Assembly: GCA_000503835.1 (NCBI GenBank)
Contig: CP006914.1
Span: 45,790-109,789, forward strand
Reading direction: 5' to 3'
Source: a candidate division WWE3 bacterium RAAC2_WWE3_1
GTDB taxonomy: Bacteria; Patescibacteriota; WWE3; UBA101185; UBA10185
DNA: 64,000 nucleotides
In this document: positions 9,610-21,653 of the stretch, in pieces
How the letters are laid out: every line of letters begins with the position of its first letter
How positions within the stretch are numbered: position 1 is the first letter of the stretch
Position numbers and translations under genes: made by a program
The notes under the pieces: model-generated
Database searches by the model: none
Seen by the model: only the letters and a program-made list of their open reading frames with translations
Told to the model about the DNA's origin: nothing

Positions 9610-9638
9610 TTGACAACCTTTTCGGGATATGGTAGTTT
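9610..9638 (+). promoter_or_regulatory. Sigma70-type promoter for the rpoB block
   Basis: TTGACA-N17-TAGTTT with TG extension. Confidence 0.7.
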
Positions 9639-9822
9639 TCGCACTGTTCTAAAGCATTTCCAATATTTTTATGAAAAAAGACCTTTGGGGTCGGTTTTCT
9701 GTTGGGAAAAGCTGCGTTTTCAGCGAAAATACAGCATTTTCGTTAAAAAACACGGAAAAATTTAATAAAACCGCTTTTTTGTAGTAAAATTTTTTTTACG
9801 GCCAAATTTAGGGGAAAACTTA

Positions 9823-12800
9823 ATGAGAGAAACTTTTTCTAAAAGAAAAATAGCTTTAAATCTTCCAAACTTAGCAGATATACAATTAAATTCGTACAAC
9901 TGGCTCATGAACGAGGGTCTTAAGGAGATCCTTGAAGAGCTGGGGACCGTCGAGGACAGTTCTGGCAGAGGCTGGGTTGTTACCCTCTCCGATCCTTCTA
10001 TAGAGAAGGAGAACATTTCCATACCCGAAGCTAAAAGGACGGGCAGAACCTACGACGCTCCCTGGTATGTCAAGGCGACAATAGAAGACCCTTTAACAAA
10101 AAAGAAGAAGGTATCCAATATATACATGGGCGATCTTCCTCTAATGACTCAAAGGGGAACCTTCGTGATCAGCGGTGTTGAGAGAACTATTGTTAATCAA
10201 TTAATCAGGGCAGAAGGAGTTCTCTTTACGGGAGAACTCTCTCCCGTTACGGGACAATTCCTGGCAGGTGCTAAGATATTGCCCAAGAGCGGTGTCTGGC
10301 TTGAGTTTGAAACCTCGAGGAACGGTGTCCTTAGCGTAAGGATTGATAGGAAAAGAAAACTAGCGGTTACCACACTCTTGAGAGTCTTCGGACTTGAGGA
10401 AGACGATGACATAAGAAAAGTATTCGAAAATGTCGAGTCAAATCCCGAAATAAATTACATAAATGAAACATTAGCAAAAGACCCGGCTTCCAGCTTTGAA
10501 GAATCCTGCATTGAGATCTATAGAAAAATGAGACCGGGAGAACCTTTGGTGCTGGAGAACGCCAAAGCTCTTGTAGCAGCCATGTTCTTCAACAAAAGAA
10601 GATTTAGCATGGGCCATGTCGGGAGATTTAAGTTGAACAAGTCACTCGGTCTGAACATACCCAACGATCCGGATCACAGACTCCTTACTTTAGAGGATCT
10701 GATAAAGATAGTTTCAAAAATAATCGAACTGAATAATGGTGTCGGTATGCCGGACGATGTGGACTTTCTGGGTAACAGGCGTGTTAAAAGTGTGGGAGAA
10801 CTTCTTCAGTGGCAGATGAGGATAGGCTTCTTAAGAATGGAAAAGAACATCAAGGAAAGAATGTCCTTATCCCCGCGCGAAACCCTTCCTGAACCGTCGG
10901 TATTGATATCACCCAGAGCCATAGCAGCGGCTGTTCACAGCTTTTTCGCTACAGGTCAGCTGTCTCAGCTTCACGATCAGCAAAATCCTTTAACCGCACT
11001 GGATCATTTGAGAAGACTTTCGGTTTTAGGACCGGGCGGTCTTACAAAGGAAAGGGCAAGTTTCTCGGTAAGAGACGTCCATTATTCTTCGTTCGGAAGA
11101 GTTTGTCCTGTCAGAACTCCGGAAGGCCCGAACATAGGTCTGATCAACTATCTGGCTTCTTACGCTAAAGTAAACGAATATGGTTTTTTGGAAACTCCTT
11201 ATATTAAACTTGAGAAAAAACCCTCGGGAGAGATTAGACTTACCGACGAGATAGTTTATCTGGCAGCCTACGACGAAGAGAACGCTCATATTACGGACCA
11301 ATCGGTTGCTGTGGACGCAAAAGGTTTCATCACGGACAAGCAGGTTCCTCTTCGAAAAGGAGGCAATTTCTTCCTGGGTGATGTCGCTTTAGCAGAATAT
11401 ATTGAGGTTGTTCCCCGACAGGTCGTCGGTGTGGCCGCAGGACTTATTCCTTTCTTACAAAATAACGATATCGCAAGAGCACTTATGGGAACCCAGCAAA
11501 TGTCTCAGGCGGTTCCTTTGGTTAAGCCGGAGACTCCTATTATCGGAACAGGTATCGAGGGTGAAATCGCCCGAAATACAAACGCACTTATTCTTGCAGA
11601 TGAAGACGGAGTTGTTGAGTACGCTGACGCCAGAAAAGTAATTGTTAAATACGGACGCGGCGGTAAAGGTTCCAAAGTAGAATACACAGCCGCTAAATTT
11701 GAACAAACCAACAGCGACACCTGCTTTAATCAATATGTCGTAGTCGAAACCGGCCAGAAAGTAAAAGAGGGTGACGTACTTGTCGAAGGCCCCGCTGTTA
11801 ACAATGGTGAGTTATCTATCGGAACAAATATGAAAGTTGCCTATATGATTTACGAAGGCTTGGAATTTGAAGACGGCATCGTAATTTCGGACAGATTGGT
11901 AAAAGAAGATGTATTAACCTCAATTCACGTTTCCGACTATCAGACTTCGGTACAGGAAACAAAGCTCGGGCCTGAGGAAATCACAAGAGACATACCTAAC
12001 GTTTCTGAGGAATCATTGAGAAATCTGGATGAAGACGGAATAGTAGCCGTCGGTTCCAAAGTAAAATCCAGCGATATTCTTGTAGGTAAGGTCGCTCCCA
12101 AAGGGGAAATGGATCTGACATCGGAGGAAAGACTTCTTAGAGCTATTTTCGGTGAAAAAGCTAAGGATGTCAGGGACACGTCTTTGTATATGCCCCACGG
12201 TGAGCACGGTGTCGTTATTGGCATAAAAAGGGTTACAAAAAAGGACAACGAGTCTTTACCCGCGGGAACAATCGAGAGAATTACCGTGTACGTTGCTCAG
12301 CAAAAGAAAATAGACATCGGGGATAAATTAGCGGGAAGACACGGTAACAAAGGTGTTATCTCCGCAATAGTTCCTGTTGTGGACATGCCCATGCTCCCTG
12401 ACGGTTCTACGGTCGACATAATATTCTCTTCAGAAGCGGTCCTGAAACGTATGAACGTGGGTCAGTTACTTGAAGCTGCCCTCGGAATGGCAGGAAAAGC
12501 GCTGGGAAAGACTTATGAAGTTCCTTCTTTGCAGGAAATTCCTGAAGAACTTATTGAAGCGGAATTGAAAAAAGCGGGTCTTCCCGTGTCGGGAAAAACA
12601 AAACTTATCGATGGAAGGAACGGAGAGTATTTCCAGAATGAGATTGTCGTGGGTGACACATATATTCTTAAACTCATTCACATGTCGGAAGAGAAAATGC
12701 ACGCCAGGTCGACGGGTCCTTACTCCTTAATAACACAGCAGCCTCTCGGAGGTAAAGCTCAGTTCGGCGGACAAAGGTTCGGAGAAATGGAAGTATGGGC

Positions 12801-13125
12801 TCTTGAGGCTTACGGTGCCGCAAACATACTTAAGGAAATATTGACCATTAAATCGGACGACATGCTGGGAAGGACTCAGGCTTATAGCGCAATGGTCCAG
12901 GGTAAAGAAATACCCGAATCATCGGTTCCGGAAACATTTAAGTTACTGGTCAGAAAACTTAACGGATTGGGTCTGGGTCTTGAAGCTTACTCTTCTGAGG
13001 AAGATTCGGGTCCGGTCGAGGAAGTTGAAGAAAGCGCACAGGAAGTTGTGGATGCTTCCATGAAAGCGGTCGTAGAGGCAGCAAGTGAAGAAATTTCCGA
13101 GCAGGAGGCGGAATCGGAAGAATAA
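9823..13125 (+). CDS. rpoB: RNA polymerase beta subunit
   Basis: TPEGPNIGL, GDKLAGRHGNKG, GGQRFGEMEVWALEAYG. Confidence 0.99.
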   Translation: MRETFSKRKIALNLPNLADIQLNSYNWLMNEGLKEILEELGTVEDSSGRGWVVTLSDPSIEKENISIPEAKRTGRTYDAPWYVKATIEDPLTKKKKVSNIYMGDLPLMTQRGTFVISGVERTIVNQLIRAEGVLFTGELSPVTGQFLAGAKILPKSGVWLEFETSRNGVLSVRIDRKRKLAVTTLLRVFGLEEDDDIRKVFENVESNPEINYINETLAKDPASSFEESCIEIYRKMRPGEPLVLENAKALVAAMFFNKRRFSMGHVGRFKLNKSLGLNIPNDPDHRLLTLEDLIKIVSKIIELNNGVGMPDDVDFLGNRRVKSVGELLQWQMRIGFLRMEKNIKERMSLSPRETLPEPSVLISPRAIAAAVHSFFATGQLSQLHDQQNPLTALDHLRRLSVLGPGGLTKERASFSVRDVHYSSFGRVCPVRTPEGPNIGLINYLASYAKVNEYGFLETPYIKLEKKPSGEIRLTDEIVYLAAYDEENAHITDQSVAVDAKGFITDKQVPLRKGGNFFLGDVALAEYIEVVPRQVVGVAAGLIPFLQNNDIARALMGTQQMSQAVPLVKPETPIIGTGIEGEIARNTNALILADEDGVVEYADARKVIVKYGRGGKGSKVEYTAAKFEQTNSDTCFNQYVVVETGQKVKEGDVLVEGPAVNNGELSIGTNMKVAYMIYEGLEFEDGIVISDRLVKEDVLTSIHVSDYQTSVQETKLGPEEITRDIPNVSEESLRNLDEDGIVAVGSKVKSSDILVGKVAPKGEMDLTSEERLLRAIFGEKAKDVRDTSLYMPHGEHGVVIGIKRVTKKDNESLPAGTIERITVYVAQQKKIDIGDKLAGRHGNKGVISAIVPVVDMPMLPDGSTVDIIFSSEAVLKRMNVGQLLEAALGMAGKALGKTYEVPSLQEIPEELIEAELKKAGLPVSGKTKLIDGRNGEYFQNEIVVGDTYILKLIHMSEEKMHARSTGPYSLITQQPLGGKAQFGGQRFGEMEVWALEAYGAANILKEILTIKSDDMLGRTQAYSAMVQGKEIPESSVPETFKLLVRKLNGLGLGLEAYSSEEDSGPVEEVEESAQEVVDASMKAVVEAASEEISEQEAESEE

Positions 13126-13140
13126 TTTCCGCATATAAAT

Positions 13141-16100
13141 ATGAAAGACATTAGTCAATTAAAAGATTTTGACGCAATAAAAATATATCTGGCATCAAGT
13201 CAGGAATTATTGAGCTGGTCGTACGGAGAGGTTACAAAACCCGAGACCATAAACTACAGGACTTTCAAACCCGAAAGAGAAGGACTTTTCGATGAGCGCA
13301 TCTTCGGTCCTTCCAAAAATTACGAATGCTATTGCGGAAAGTACAAAGGAATAAGGTACAAAGGTGTTTTGTGTGATAAGTGCGGTGTCGAGGTAACACA
13401 TTCCAGAGTGAGAAGAGAAAGAATGGGACATATAAAACTTTCCTCTCCGGTAGCTCACGTTTGGTTCTTCAAAGGCATTCCGTCAAAGATGGCTCTATTG
13501 CTTGATCTCACACCGAGGAACGTGGAATCGGTGGTCTATTTCGCGTCATTCATAGTTACGGCCATGGACGGCAAGAAAAAGGCTGAAGCGATAGATATGG
13601 TCACAAAAGATTTCGAAAAAGTTAAAGCTCAGATAAATAAGGAGGCCGATGCAAAAGTGCAGGAGGTAGAAGTTGAGCTGAAGAATATTGCAAAAATTCC
13701 CGAAGAAATAAAACGCGCCGAAGAGGAAAGGAAGATTAGAGAAAAGACTCAGCAAATAAGGACACAGTACGAAAAAAAGATAGAGGAGCAGGAAAAACAT
13801 TTCAAGATAGTTCAAAAGAAAATTGAAAGTGTCGAACAGTACTCGGTCATATCCGAGAACGAATATATACAATTGGTAAATTATCTCGAAATATTCGCTC
13901 AGTTGGAAATCGGAGCAGAAGCTTTACAGAATATATTAAAAAGCATGAATCTTAACGATCTCTCGGAAAAACTCAGATTGGATCTGACTACTTCCAAGGG
14001 ACAGAAGGCTCAAAGAATAAACAAAAGACTTAAAGTTGTAGAACAGTTCAGGAAGGCGAACATCTCCCCCGATAGAATGATTATGGAAATAATTCCGGTG
14101 ATACCCCCGGATCTTAGACCTATGGTTCAGTTGGAGGGCGGACGATTTGCAAGTTCCGACTTGAATGATCTTTACAGACGATTGATTAATAGAAATAACC
14201 GTTTGGGCAGGCTGCTGGATTTGGGTGCCCCCGAAATCATTGTAAGGAACGAAAAAAGAATGCTGCAGGAATCAGTTGACGCACTTTTTGACGCTTCCAA
14301 ACAAAGACAAAAAACAAGAGTTACCAGAGGTAAAAAGGAATTGAGGTCCCTGGCCGATATGATAAAGGGTAAGCAGGGCATATTCCGTTTGAACCTGTTG
14401 GGAAAAAGGGTCGATTACTCAGGAAGAGGCGTTATCATAAACGGTCCCAATTTAAAATTGAACGAATGCGGACTTCCTAAAGACATGGCTCTTGAACTAT
14501 TCAAACCCATGGTTCTGAGGGAAATACTTGGGAGAGGGTATGCACCTAATGTAAAAAGTGCGAAATACTATCTTGAATCACGCGTGCCTGAGGTTTGGGA
14601 TATTCTTGAGGAAGTAGTCAAGGATCATCCGGTTCTTCTGAACCGTGCACCTACTCTCTGGAGGCTGGGTATTCAGGCATTCTATCCGAAGTTGGTAGAA
14701 GGTAACTCAATAAAACTTCATCTGTGTGTATGCTCAGGCTATAACGCTGACTTTGACGGAGACCAAATGGCAGTTCATGTTCCGTTGGGTGAAAAAGCTA
14801 TAGAAGAGGCCAAAACAGTGATGATATCCACCAACAATTTGCTGAATCCTTCGAACGGATCTCCAATTTCAATACCCACAAAAATAATGTTGTTTGGGGT
14901 TTACTACATCACATCCGTTGATGAGAAACTTCCGTTGTTCGAAAGAGTTTTCAGTGACGAATACGAACTTATGCATGCGGTCGATGCTACCGGAGAAGTA
15001 ACTTTACGACAAAAGATAAAAATAGGGATTAACGGCGAGATTGTAGAAACTACGTACGGTAGACTCATATTCAACAGGGTTGTTCCGGAAAGGTTTGGGT
15101 ATGTCAATCATACAATGGATAAGAAACAGATTAACTCAATCCTACAGAGAACTTTCGAAACGGAACCAAACGAGGTAGTTGTTAAATTCATTGATGACCT
15201 TAAGGATCTCGGGCTAAAGTACGGAACCATCAGCGGTCAGTCGGTTTCCCTGTCTGATATTCAGGTTCCTCAGGCAAGAGTTTCAATTATAACTAAAGGA
15301 AAAGAAACGGTAGCCGAAATCGAGTCTAACTACAAAAGGGGCTTGATTACAAGGGCTGAGGCTTCAAGACTTAAAGAAGATACATGGAATAAAGTGATTT
15401 CCGACCTTGACGCGGCAATTTGGGATGCGTTGGCCGACGATAACCCGGTTAAGGTTTTGGTCAAATCAGGTTCAACACGTGCTTCAAGGGATCAGGTTAA
15501 ACAAGTTGCGGGTATGAAAGGTTTGGTCGTTGATACATCTGGTAAGACGGTTGAAGTTCCTATTCTTGGCAACTATAAATACGGATTATCGGCTTTGGAG
15601 TACTTCATCGGAGCTAAAGGTGCGAGAAAAGGATTGGTGGACAAGGGTTTGAAGACAGCTGACGCCGGCTACTTGACCAGAAGACTTGTGGATGTTTCAC
15701 AGGATGTTATCGTTCGCGTCGAAGATTGTGGTACAGAGCACGGTAGGACAATGAAAGTAGGGGAAGGAACCTTACTTCAAACTTTTGCAGACAGAGTGAT
15801 AGGACGCTATCTTGCTTCGGACGTGAAAGTTAAAGGAAAGACCCTGGTAAAAAGAGGTACGTTGCTTTCGCGCGAAGACGTGGCAAAAATAGAGGCTGCA
15901 GGCATCGAAAACATTGTTATCAGGTCCCCCATGCACTGTGAAACCAGAAGAGGTATCTGCGGTAAGTGCTACGGAAAAGATCTGATGACGGGAAAACTTG
16001 TAAACATGGGGACTGCAGTAGGTGTCGCAGCGGCTCAATCCATCGGTGAGCCGGGCACTCAGCTCTCCATGAGAACCTTTCACACCGGAGGTATTGCAGG

Positions 16101-16809
16101 AAAAGATATTACCCAGGGTTTGCCCAGAGTTGAAGAACTGGTCGAGGCAAGAGCACCTAAATTCCTTTCTTTAATGTCGGATATTACAGGTGTTGTAAAC
16201 ATAGTCAAAAGCGGTGACGAAAGAAAGATCATTGTTATCCCCACGGACCGTGATGAGGACGCCGCCGAATATTTGGTGGATCCGGTCGAAGAAATAATAG
16301 TCAAGGAAGGTGAAATTGTCGCAAAAGGCGAAAAGTTAACTGCAGGCAACCTCGATCTTACTGACCTGTTCAGAACCGTAGGAGTTGATGAGACCAAGAG
16401 ATACATAATTGAGGAAATCCAGAAAGTTTATGCTTCCCAGGGTGTTGCCCTAAATGATAAGCACATCGAAATAATCGTTAAACAAATGTTCAATCACGTG
16501 AAAATCGATGAGGTCGGGGACACAGAGTTTATGGAAGGCGAACTTAGTACCAAAGCCAGATTCATGGAAGTAAACGAGGAAGTTATTGCCAGTGGCGGAA
16601 CCCCCGCGACAGGGAAACTTACCATGCTTGGAATTACCAGAGCTTCGTTAAACACGGACAGTTTCTTATCTGCAGCTTCATTTATTCAGACAAGTAATGT
16701 GTTGACCGACGCAGCAGCTTCTGGTAAGGTTGATTATCTTTTGGGATTGAAAGAAAATGTCATAATTGGTAGATTAATCCCGACAGGAGATCGTGCCAGA
16801 TTGGAGTAA
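13141..16809 (+). CDS. rpoC: RNA polymerase beta' subunit
   Basis: N-terminal Zn finger, catalytic [17 protein letters not shown]. Confidence 0.99.
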   Translation: MKDISQLKDFDAIKIYLASSQELLSWSYGEVTKPETINYRTFKPEREGLFDERIFGPSKNYECYCGKYKGIRYKGVLCDKCGVEVTHSRVRRERMGHIKLSSPVAHVWFFKGIPSKMALLLDLTPRNVESVVYFASFIVTAMDGKKKAEAIDMVTKDFEKVKAQINKEADAKVQEVEVELKNIAKIPEEIKRAEEERKIREKTQQIRTQYEKKIEEQEKHFKIVQKKIESVEQYSVISENEYIQLVNYLEIFAQLEIGAEALQNILKSMNLNDLSEKLRLDLTTSKGQKAQRINKRLKVVEQFRKANISPDRMIMEIIPVIPPDLRPMVQLEGGRFASSDLNDLYRRLINRNNRLGRLLDLGAPEIIVRNEKRMLQESVDALFDASKQRQKTRVTRGKKELRSLADMIKGKQGIFRLNLLGKRVDYSGRGVIINGPNLKLNECGLPKDMALELFKPMVLREILGRGYAPNVKSAKYYLESRVPEVWDILEEVVKDHPVLLNRAPTLWRLGIQAFYPKLVEGNSIKLHLCVCSGYNADFDGDQMAVHVPLGEKAIEEAKTVMISTNNLLNPSNGSPISIPTKIMLFGVYYITSVDEKLPLFERVFSDEYELMHAVDATGEVTLRQKIKIGINGEIVETTYGRLIFNRVVPERFGYVNHTMDKKQINSILQRTFETEPNEVVVKFIDDLKDLGLKYGTISGQSVSLSDIQVPQARVSIITKGKETVAEIESNYKRGLITRAEASRLKEDTWNKVISDLDAAIWDALADDNPVKVLVKSGSTRASRDQVKQVAGMKGLVVDTSGKTVEVPILGNYKYGLSALEYFIGAKGARKGLVDKGLKTADAGYLTRRLVDVSQDVIVRVEDCGTEHGRTMKVGEGTLLQTFADRVIGRYLASDVKVKGKTLVKRGTLLSREDVAKIEAAGIENIVIRSPMHCETRRGICGKCYGKDLMTGKLVNMGTAVGVAAAQSIGEPGTQLSMRTFHTGGIAGKDITQGLPRVEELVEARAPKFLSLMSDITGVVNIVKSGDERKIIVIPTDRDEDAAEYLVDPVEEIIVKEGEIVAKGEKLTAGNLDLTDLFRTVGVDETKRYIIEEIQKVYASQGVALNDKHIEIIVKQMFNHVKIDEVGDTEFMEGELSTKARFMEVNEEVIASGGTPATGKLTMLGITRASLNTDSFLSAASFIQTSNVLTDAAASGKVDYLLGLKENVIIGRLIPTGDRARLE

Positions 16810-16811
16810 TA

Positions 16812-17234
16812 ATGCCTACTATAAATCAGTTACTTAGAAAAAACAGAAAAACTAAAGCAAAAAAGTCCTCGACAAGAGCGCTGAAGGAGGCATTCAATTC
16901 TCTGAAAAGGCGTCCTATTAAAAGACAGGGTCCTTTCAAAAGGGGTGTTGTACTTTTAGTGAGGACACAAACTCCGAAGAAACCTAACTCGGCTCTCAGG
17001 AAGACCGCAAGGGTGAGATTATCGAATAAAAAAGAAGTGACTGTTTATATTCCGGGCGAAGGACACAACCTTCAGGAGCACTCTGTTGTTCTTGTGAAGG
17101 GCGGAAAAGTTCAGGATCTTCCCGGAGTCAAGTACACTATCGTCAGAGGTACCTTAGACTTGGCGGGAGTTCAATCACGAAAAACTTCACGTTCCATTTA
17201 CGGTACCAAGAAACCTAAGGAGGCCAAAAAATGA
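16812..17234 (+). CDS. rpsL: 30S ribosomal protein S12
   Basis: [23 protein letters not shown]. Confidence 0.98.
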   Translation: MPTINQLLRKNRKTKAKKSSTRALKEAFNSLKRRPIKRQGPFKRGVVLLVRTQTPKKPNSALRKTARVRLSNKKEVTVYIPGEGHNLQEHSVVLVKGGKVQDLPGVKYTIVRGTLDLAGVQSRKTSRSIYGTKKPKEAKK

Positions 17235-17698
17235 GAGGCAAGCCCGCAAAGAAAAGACCAGTATTAGGTGACCCAGTCTTTAAATCAAAGATCGTTAACA
17301 GAATGATAAATATTGTAATGCTGAACGGAAAAAAATCTATTGCCGAGTCTGTTGTATACGGAGCCATAGATCACCTTAACGAAGATAGAAAAGAAGGATT
17401 AAGAATGCTTGAGCAGGCTGTTAAGAATGTGATGCCCCAACAGGAAGTCAGATCGAAAAGAGTCGGCGGAGCAACATATCAGGTTCCTATGCCTCTTAAA
17501 CACGAAAGGTCCGAAGCTCTCGCATTACGATGGTTGATAACAGCTGCGAGAAACAAAAAAGGCAAACCCATGGAAGAGAAACTTTACGAAGAACTTAACA
17601 ATGCCTATCAAAATATGGGTGACGCTATCAAGAAACGTGACGACACTCACAGGATGGCTGACGCCAACAGGGCATTTGCACATTTTGCCAGGAGATAA
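17231..17698 (+). CDS. rpsG: 30S ribosomal protein S7
   Basis: [23 protein letters not shown]. Confidence 0.98.
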   Translation: MRGKPAKKRPVLGDPVFKSKIVNRMINIVMLNGKKSIAESVVYGAIDHLNEDRKEGLRMLEQAVKNVMPQQEVRSKRVGGATYQVPMPLKHERSEALALRWLITAARNKKGKPMEEKLYEELNNAYQNMGDAIKKRDDTHRMADANRAFAHFARR

Positions 17699-17734
17699 TT
17701 ACCAATTTCTATATAAATAAGGTTTTATATAAAT

Positions 17735-19819
17735 ATGGCCGAAACAGCAAATAAACATTATCCTTTAGAGAGAATTCGCAACATAGGCATAATCGCCCAT
17801 ATTGACGCCGGTAAGACCACTACTTCCGAAAGGATACTTTATTACACAGGAAAATCTCACAAGATTGGCGAGGTTCATGAAGGTGCCGCACAGATGGACT
17901 GGATGGCTCAGGAACGTGAAAGAGGCATCACAATTACCTCAGCAGCAACTACATGTTTTTGGAACGATCACAGAATTAATATTATCGACACCCCCGGGCA
18001 TGTTGATTTTACGGCTGAGGTCGAAAGATCCCTAAGGGTTCTGGACGGCGGCGTAATTATACTGGATGGATCGCAGGGCGTTGAACCTCAATCCGAAACC
18101 GTTTTCAGACAGGCCCAAAAATATCATGTTCCGCTGTTATTTTTTGTAAACAAACTGGATAAAATCGGCGGAGATTTTTATATGTCGCTGAACTCCGTTC
18201 TTGAAAAGCTGGCTCCCGATGCCATAGCAGTACAACTTCCGATAGGTATTGAAAATGAATTTCACGCAGTCATAGATTTGATTGAGAGAAAAGCTTTTAA
18301 ATTCGAGGGAAATCTCGGTGAGAACATCGTCGAAATAGAAATTCCCGAAGACATGAAACAAAAGGTCGAAGATTTCAGACAAAAGCTGGTCGAAAAAGTT
18401 GCGGAGAGCGACGACGCCCTTATAGAAAAATATCTGAACGGTGAAGAATTAACAATCGAAGAAATCAAAAATGGCATTAGAAAATTAACTGTTCAGGCTA
18501 AACTTTATCCTGTATTTTGCGGAGCTTCTCTATCGAATGTCGGAATTCAAAAACTTCTGGACGGAGTTGTTGCCTATCTTCCATCTCCTATAGATACGCC
18601 GGACACGGAAGGTTACGATCAGGCGACAGGAGAGAAAATGAAGCTCGCTCACGATGAGAACGGCCCGTTTGTCGCCTTGGCATTTAAAGTTCAGACAGAC
18701 CCCTATGTCGGAAGACTCACTTATCTCCGTGTCTACTCCGGGAAAATAACTGCAGGCTCTTATATCTATAACTCGACTAAAGACAGAAAAGAAAGAGTCG
18801 GACGACTTCTTTTGATGCATGCTAATCACAGAGAAGAATTGCATGAAATAAAAGCAGGCGAGATCTGCGCCGCCGTGGGTTTGGATGCCGTGACCGGGGA
18901 TACTCTGTGCAGCGAAGCCTATCCGATAGTACTGGAATCTATAAGTTTTGCCGAACCGGTTATCGGTTTGGTATTGGAACCTAAATCAAAAGCGGATAGG
19001 GATAAGATGTCCGTTGCAATTAAAAAGTTTTTGGAAGAGGACCCCACTTTAAAAATTAAAACTAACGAGGAAACCGGACAGGGTGTTCTGTACGGAATGG
19101 GTGAACTTCATCTGGAAATTATCGTTGACCGTATGAAGAGAGAGTTCGGTGTCGAGGTGAACACCGGTAAACCCCAGGTTGCTTACAGAGAAACTATTAG
19201 AAAGACAGTTGATGTTGAAGGTAAATATATCCGTCAATCAGGCGGACGCGGCCAGTACGGACACGTCGTCATCAAAGTTGAACCTTTGGAAAGAGGAAAA
19301 GGCCTGGAATTTGTAGACAAACTTGTCGGAGGTTCAATTCCCAGGGAATACATTCCTGCGGTTGAAAAGGGTGTGAAGGAAGCTGTTGAAAGCGGAGTAT
19401 TGGCCGGCTACCCTCTTGTTGACCTCAGGGTTACCTTATATGACGGATCTTTCCATGAGGTCGATTCTTCGGAAATGGCTTTCAAGATGGCAGCTATCGA
19501 GGCCATGCGGGATGCCCAGCGAAGCGCGGACTCTTTCATAATAGAGCCGATAATGAAAATCGAGGTTGTAACACCGGACGATTTTATGGGAGATGTTATA
19601 GGCAACCTGTCTTCAAAAAGAGGCAAGATCGAAAGCACCGAACAACGCGGAAACGCTCGTGTTATAAGCTCCACGGTACCTTTGGCAGAAATGTTTGGGT
19701 ACGCAACCGAACTGAGAGGCATGACTCAAGGCAGAGCCTCGTTTGCCATGGAACCGAGCCATTACGAGGAAATTCCTGCCAGCGTTCTACCGGAAATAGT
19801 CAAGACCGGCAGAAGATAG
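17735..19819 (+). CDS. fusA: Elongation factor G
   Basis: [33 protein letters not shown]. Confidence 0.99.
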   Translation: MAETANKHYPLERIRNIGIIAHIDAGKTTTSERILYYTGKSHKIGEVHEGAAQMDWMAQERERGITITSAATTCFWNDHRINIIDTPGHVDFTAEVERSLRVLDGGVIILDGSQGVEPQSETVFRQAQKYHVPLLFFVNKLDKIGGDFYMSLNSVLEKLAPDAIAVQLPIGIENEFHAVIDLIERKAFKFEGNLGENIVEIEIPEDMKQKVEDFRQKLVEKVAESDDALIEKYLNGEELTIEEIKNGIRKLTVQAKLYPVFCGASLSNVGIQKLLDGVVAYLPSPIDTPDTEGYDQATGEKMKLAHDENGPFVALAFKVQTDPYVGRLTYLRVYSGKITAGSYIYNSTKDRKERVGRLLLMHANHREELHEIKAGEICAAVGLDAVTGDTLCSEAYPIVLESISFAEPVIGLVLEPKSKADRDKMSVAIKKFLEEDPTLKIKTNEETGQGVLYGMGELHLEIIVDRMKREFGVEVNTGKPQVAYRETIRKTVDVEGKYIRQSGGRGQYGHVVIKVEPLERGKGLEFVDKLVGGSIPREYIPAVEKGVKEAVESGVLAGYPLVDLRVTLYDGSFHEVDSSEMAFKMAAIEAMRDAQRSADSFIIEPIMKIEVVTPDDFMGDVIGNLSSKRGKIESTEQRGNARVISSTVPLAEMFGYATELRGMTQGRASFAMEPSHYEEIPASVLPEIVKTGRR

Positions 19820-19940
19820 GACTTTTGCCCGAAAATGCTTGATTTTTAGGTATTAATCTGGTTAACTAGCAGTTGTCGAATTAGTCTAAACAACTTAAAG
19901 TATTAATTTATATAAATTTTGAAAGGATGATTAATTTAAC

Positions 19941-21119
19941 ATGGCCGAATTTATAAGAAATAAAGAGCACGTAAACATAGGTACCATTGGTCACGTTGAC
20001 CATGGAAAAACCACATTAACTGCGGCTATTACAAAAGTGCTTTCAGGCAAGGGTCAGGCACAGTTTGTTAGCTACGAGAACATCGATAAGGCTCCGGAAG
20101 AAAGAGCCCGAGGTATCACAATCAACATCACACATGTTGAGTATGAGACCGACAAGAGGCACTACGCCCACATCGATGCTCCGGGACACGCAGACTACAT
20201 CAAGAACATGATTACCGGTGCCGCTCAAATGGACGGCGCAATACTTGTGGTTTCTGCTCCTGACGGACCGATGCCTCAAACAAGGGAGCATATTTTGTTG
20301 GCTAAGCAAGTTAACGTTCCTGCCATGGTCGTCTTCATGAATAAGACAGACATGGTTCAGGACAAAGAAATTCTCGATCTCGTTGAGTTAGAGGTAAGAG
20401 AGTTGTTAACCAAGTACGGATTTCCCGGAGATACCACACCGATAATTAAAGGATCCGCTATGAAAGCTTTGGAAGGCGATGCAGATGCAGTAAAGAGCAT
20501 AGAAGAGCTTATGGAGGCTGTCGATACCTTTATTCCTACTCCGGTAAGAGAACTTGATAAACCGTTCCTTATGCCGGTTGAAGACGTATTTACAATCTCA
20601 GGAAGAGGAACTGTCGTTACGGGAAGGATCGAAAGAGGCAAGGTAAAGATTAACGAAGAAATTGAGATCGTCGGAATCAAGGACACAAAGAAGTCGGTCG
20701 TTACAGGTGTAGAAATGTTTAAGAAGCAAATGCAGGAAGGTCTCGCAGGAGACAACGTCGGTATTCTTCTTAGAGGTATTGAGAGAACTGATGTGGAAAG
20801 AGGACAAGTGTTGGCCAAGCCCGGCAGCACCAAGCCCCACACAGATTTCGATGCTGAGGTTTATATATTATCCAAAGAAGAGGGGGGAAGGCAGAAACCT
20901 TTCTTCAGCGGATACAGACCTCAGTTCTATATCAGAACCACTGACGTTACGGGTGAAATAATTCTCCCCGAGGGCGTTGAGATGGTTATGCCCGGAGATA
21001 AAGTGAATATGAAAGTTAAACTCATTACACCGGTCGCACTAGAAGATGGTATGAGATTCGCTATAAGAGAAGGCGGACACACTGTCGGAGCAGGAGTTAT
21101 CTCTAAAGTTAACGCTTAA
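19941..21119 (+). CDS. tuf: Elongation factor Tu
   Basis: [24 protein letters not shown]. Confidence 0.99.
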   Translation: MAEFIRNKEHVNIGTIGHVDHGKTTLTAAITKVLSGKGQAQFVSYENIDKAPEERARGITINITHVEYETDKRHYAHIDAPGHADYIKNMITGAAQMDGAILVVSAPDGPMPQTREHILLAKQVNVPAMVVFMNKTDMVQDKEILDLVELEVRELLTKYGFPGDTTPIIKGSAMKALEGDADAVKSIEELMEAVDTFIPTPVRELDKPFLMPVEDVFTISGRGTVVTGRIERGKVKINEEIEIVGIKDTKKSVVTGVEMFKKQMQEGLAGDNVGILLRGIERTDVERGQVLAKPGSTKPHTDFDAEVYILSKEEGGRQKPFFSGYRPQFYIRTTDVTGEIILPEGVEMVMPGDKVNMKVKLITPVALEDGMRFAIREGGHTVGAGVISKVNA

Positions 21120-21131
21120 GAAACAAGTTTT

Positions 21132-21159
21132 TAGAGTGCCCCCGAAAGGGGGCACTCTA
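21132..21159 (+). other. Perfect 12-bp stem with GAAA tetraloop between tuf and rpsJ
   Basis: TAGAGTGCCCCC-GAAA-GGGGGCACTCTA; no U-tract follows. Confidence 0.8.
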
Positions 21160-21171
21160 TCGTTGGGTAAA

Positions 21172-21492
21172 ATGGTAAAAGCTCAAAAAGAAACAAAAAT
21201 CAGAATAAAGCTCAATTCCTATGACAGCAGGATTATAGATCTTAGCTGCTCCAGGATAGTTGATACGGCAATAAGGACCGGAGCCAAAGTAGTAGGACCG
21301 GTGCCCCTTCCCACAAGAATTGAGAAGTTTACTGTTATCAGAGGACCGCATATCGATAAGAGGTCGAGAGAGCAATTTGAGCTCAGAACTCACAAAAGAG
21401 TGGTCGACGTTTTGAACCCGACAGCACAGACCGTAGAGAGCCTTTCAAAGCTCAGTTTGCCGGCCGGTGTTGGGATAACGATGAAGATGTAA
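21172..21492 (+). CDS. rpsJ: 30S ribosomal protein S10
   Basis: [24 protein letters not shown]; ATG 21172 lies downstream of the hairpin. Confidence 0.97.
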   Translation: MVKAQKETKIRIKLNSYDSRIIDLSCSRIVDTAIRTGAKVVGPVPLPTRIEKFTVIRGPHIDKRSREQFELRTHKRVVDVLNPTAQTVESLSKLSLPAGVGITMKM

Positions 21493-21653
21493 GTTGAGGA
21501 TTGATACGGCGAAAGTCTGGATTTTTGCCGTAAATTAAGGTAATATAAGTCGCTTAATGCTGGAAACGTCCAAAAATAGCCGGCTCGTCCGGAAAAAGTA
21601 GTTTATAACAAGGGTTAAATTAGTGGGCGCCCCTTGGGCGCTAATTTTTTGCC

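Noticed and set aside
10940-11045. Natural rifampicin resistance in RpoB cluster I
   Set aside because: The sequence is divergent, but the equivalents of Q513, D516, H526, R529 and S531 are retained.
21136-21171. GTG-started extension of S10
   Set aside because: Coincides with the stable hairpin; ATG 21172 is more plausible.
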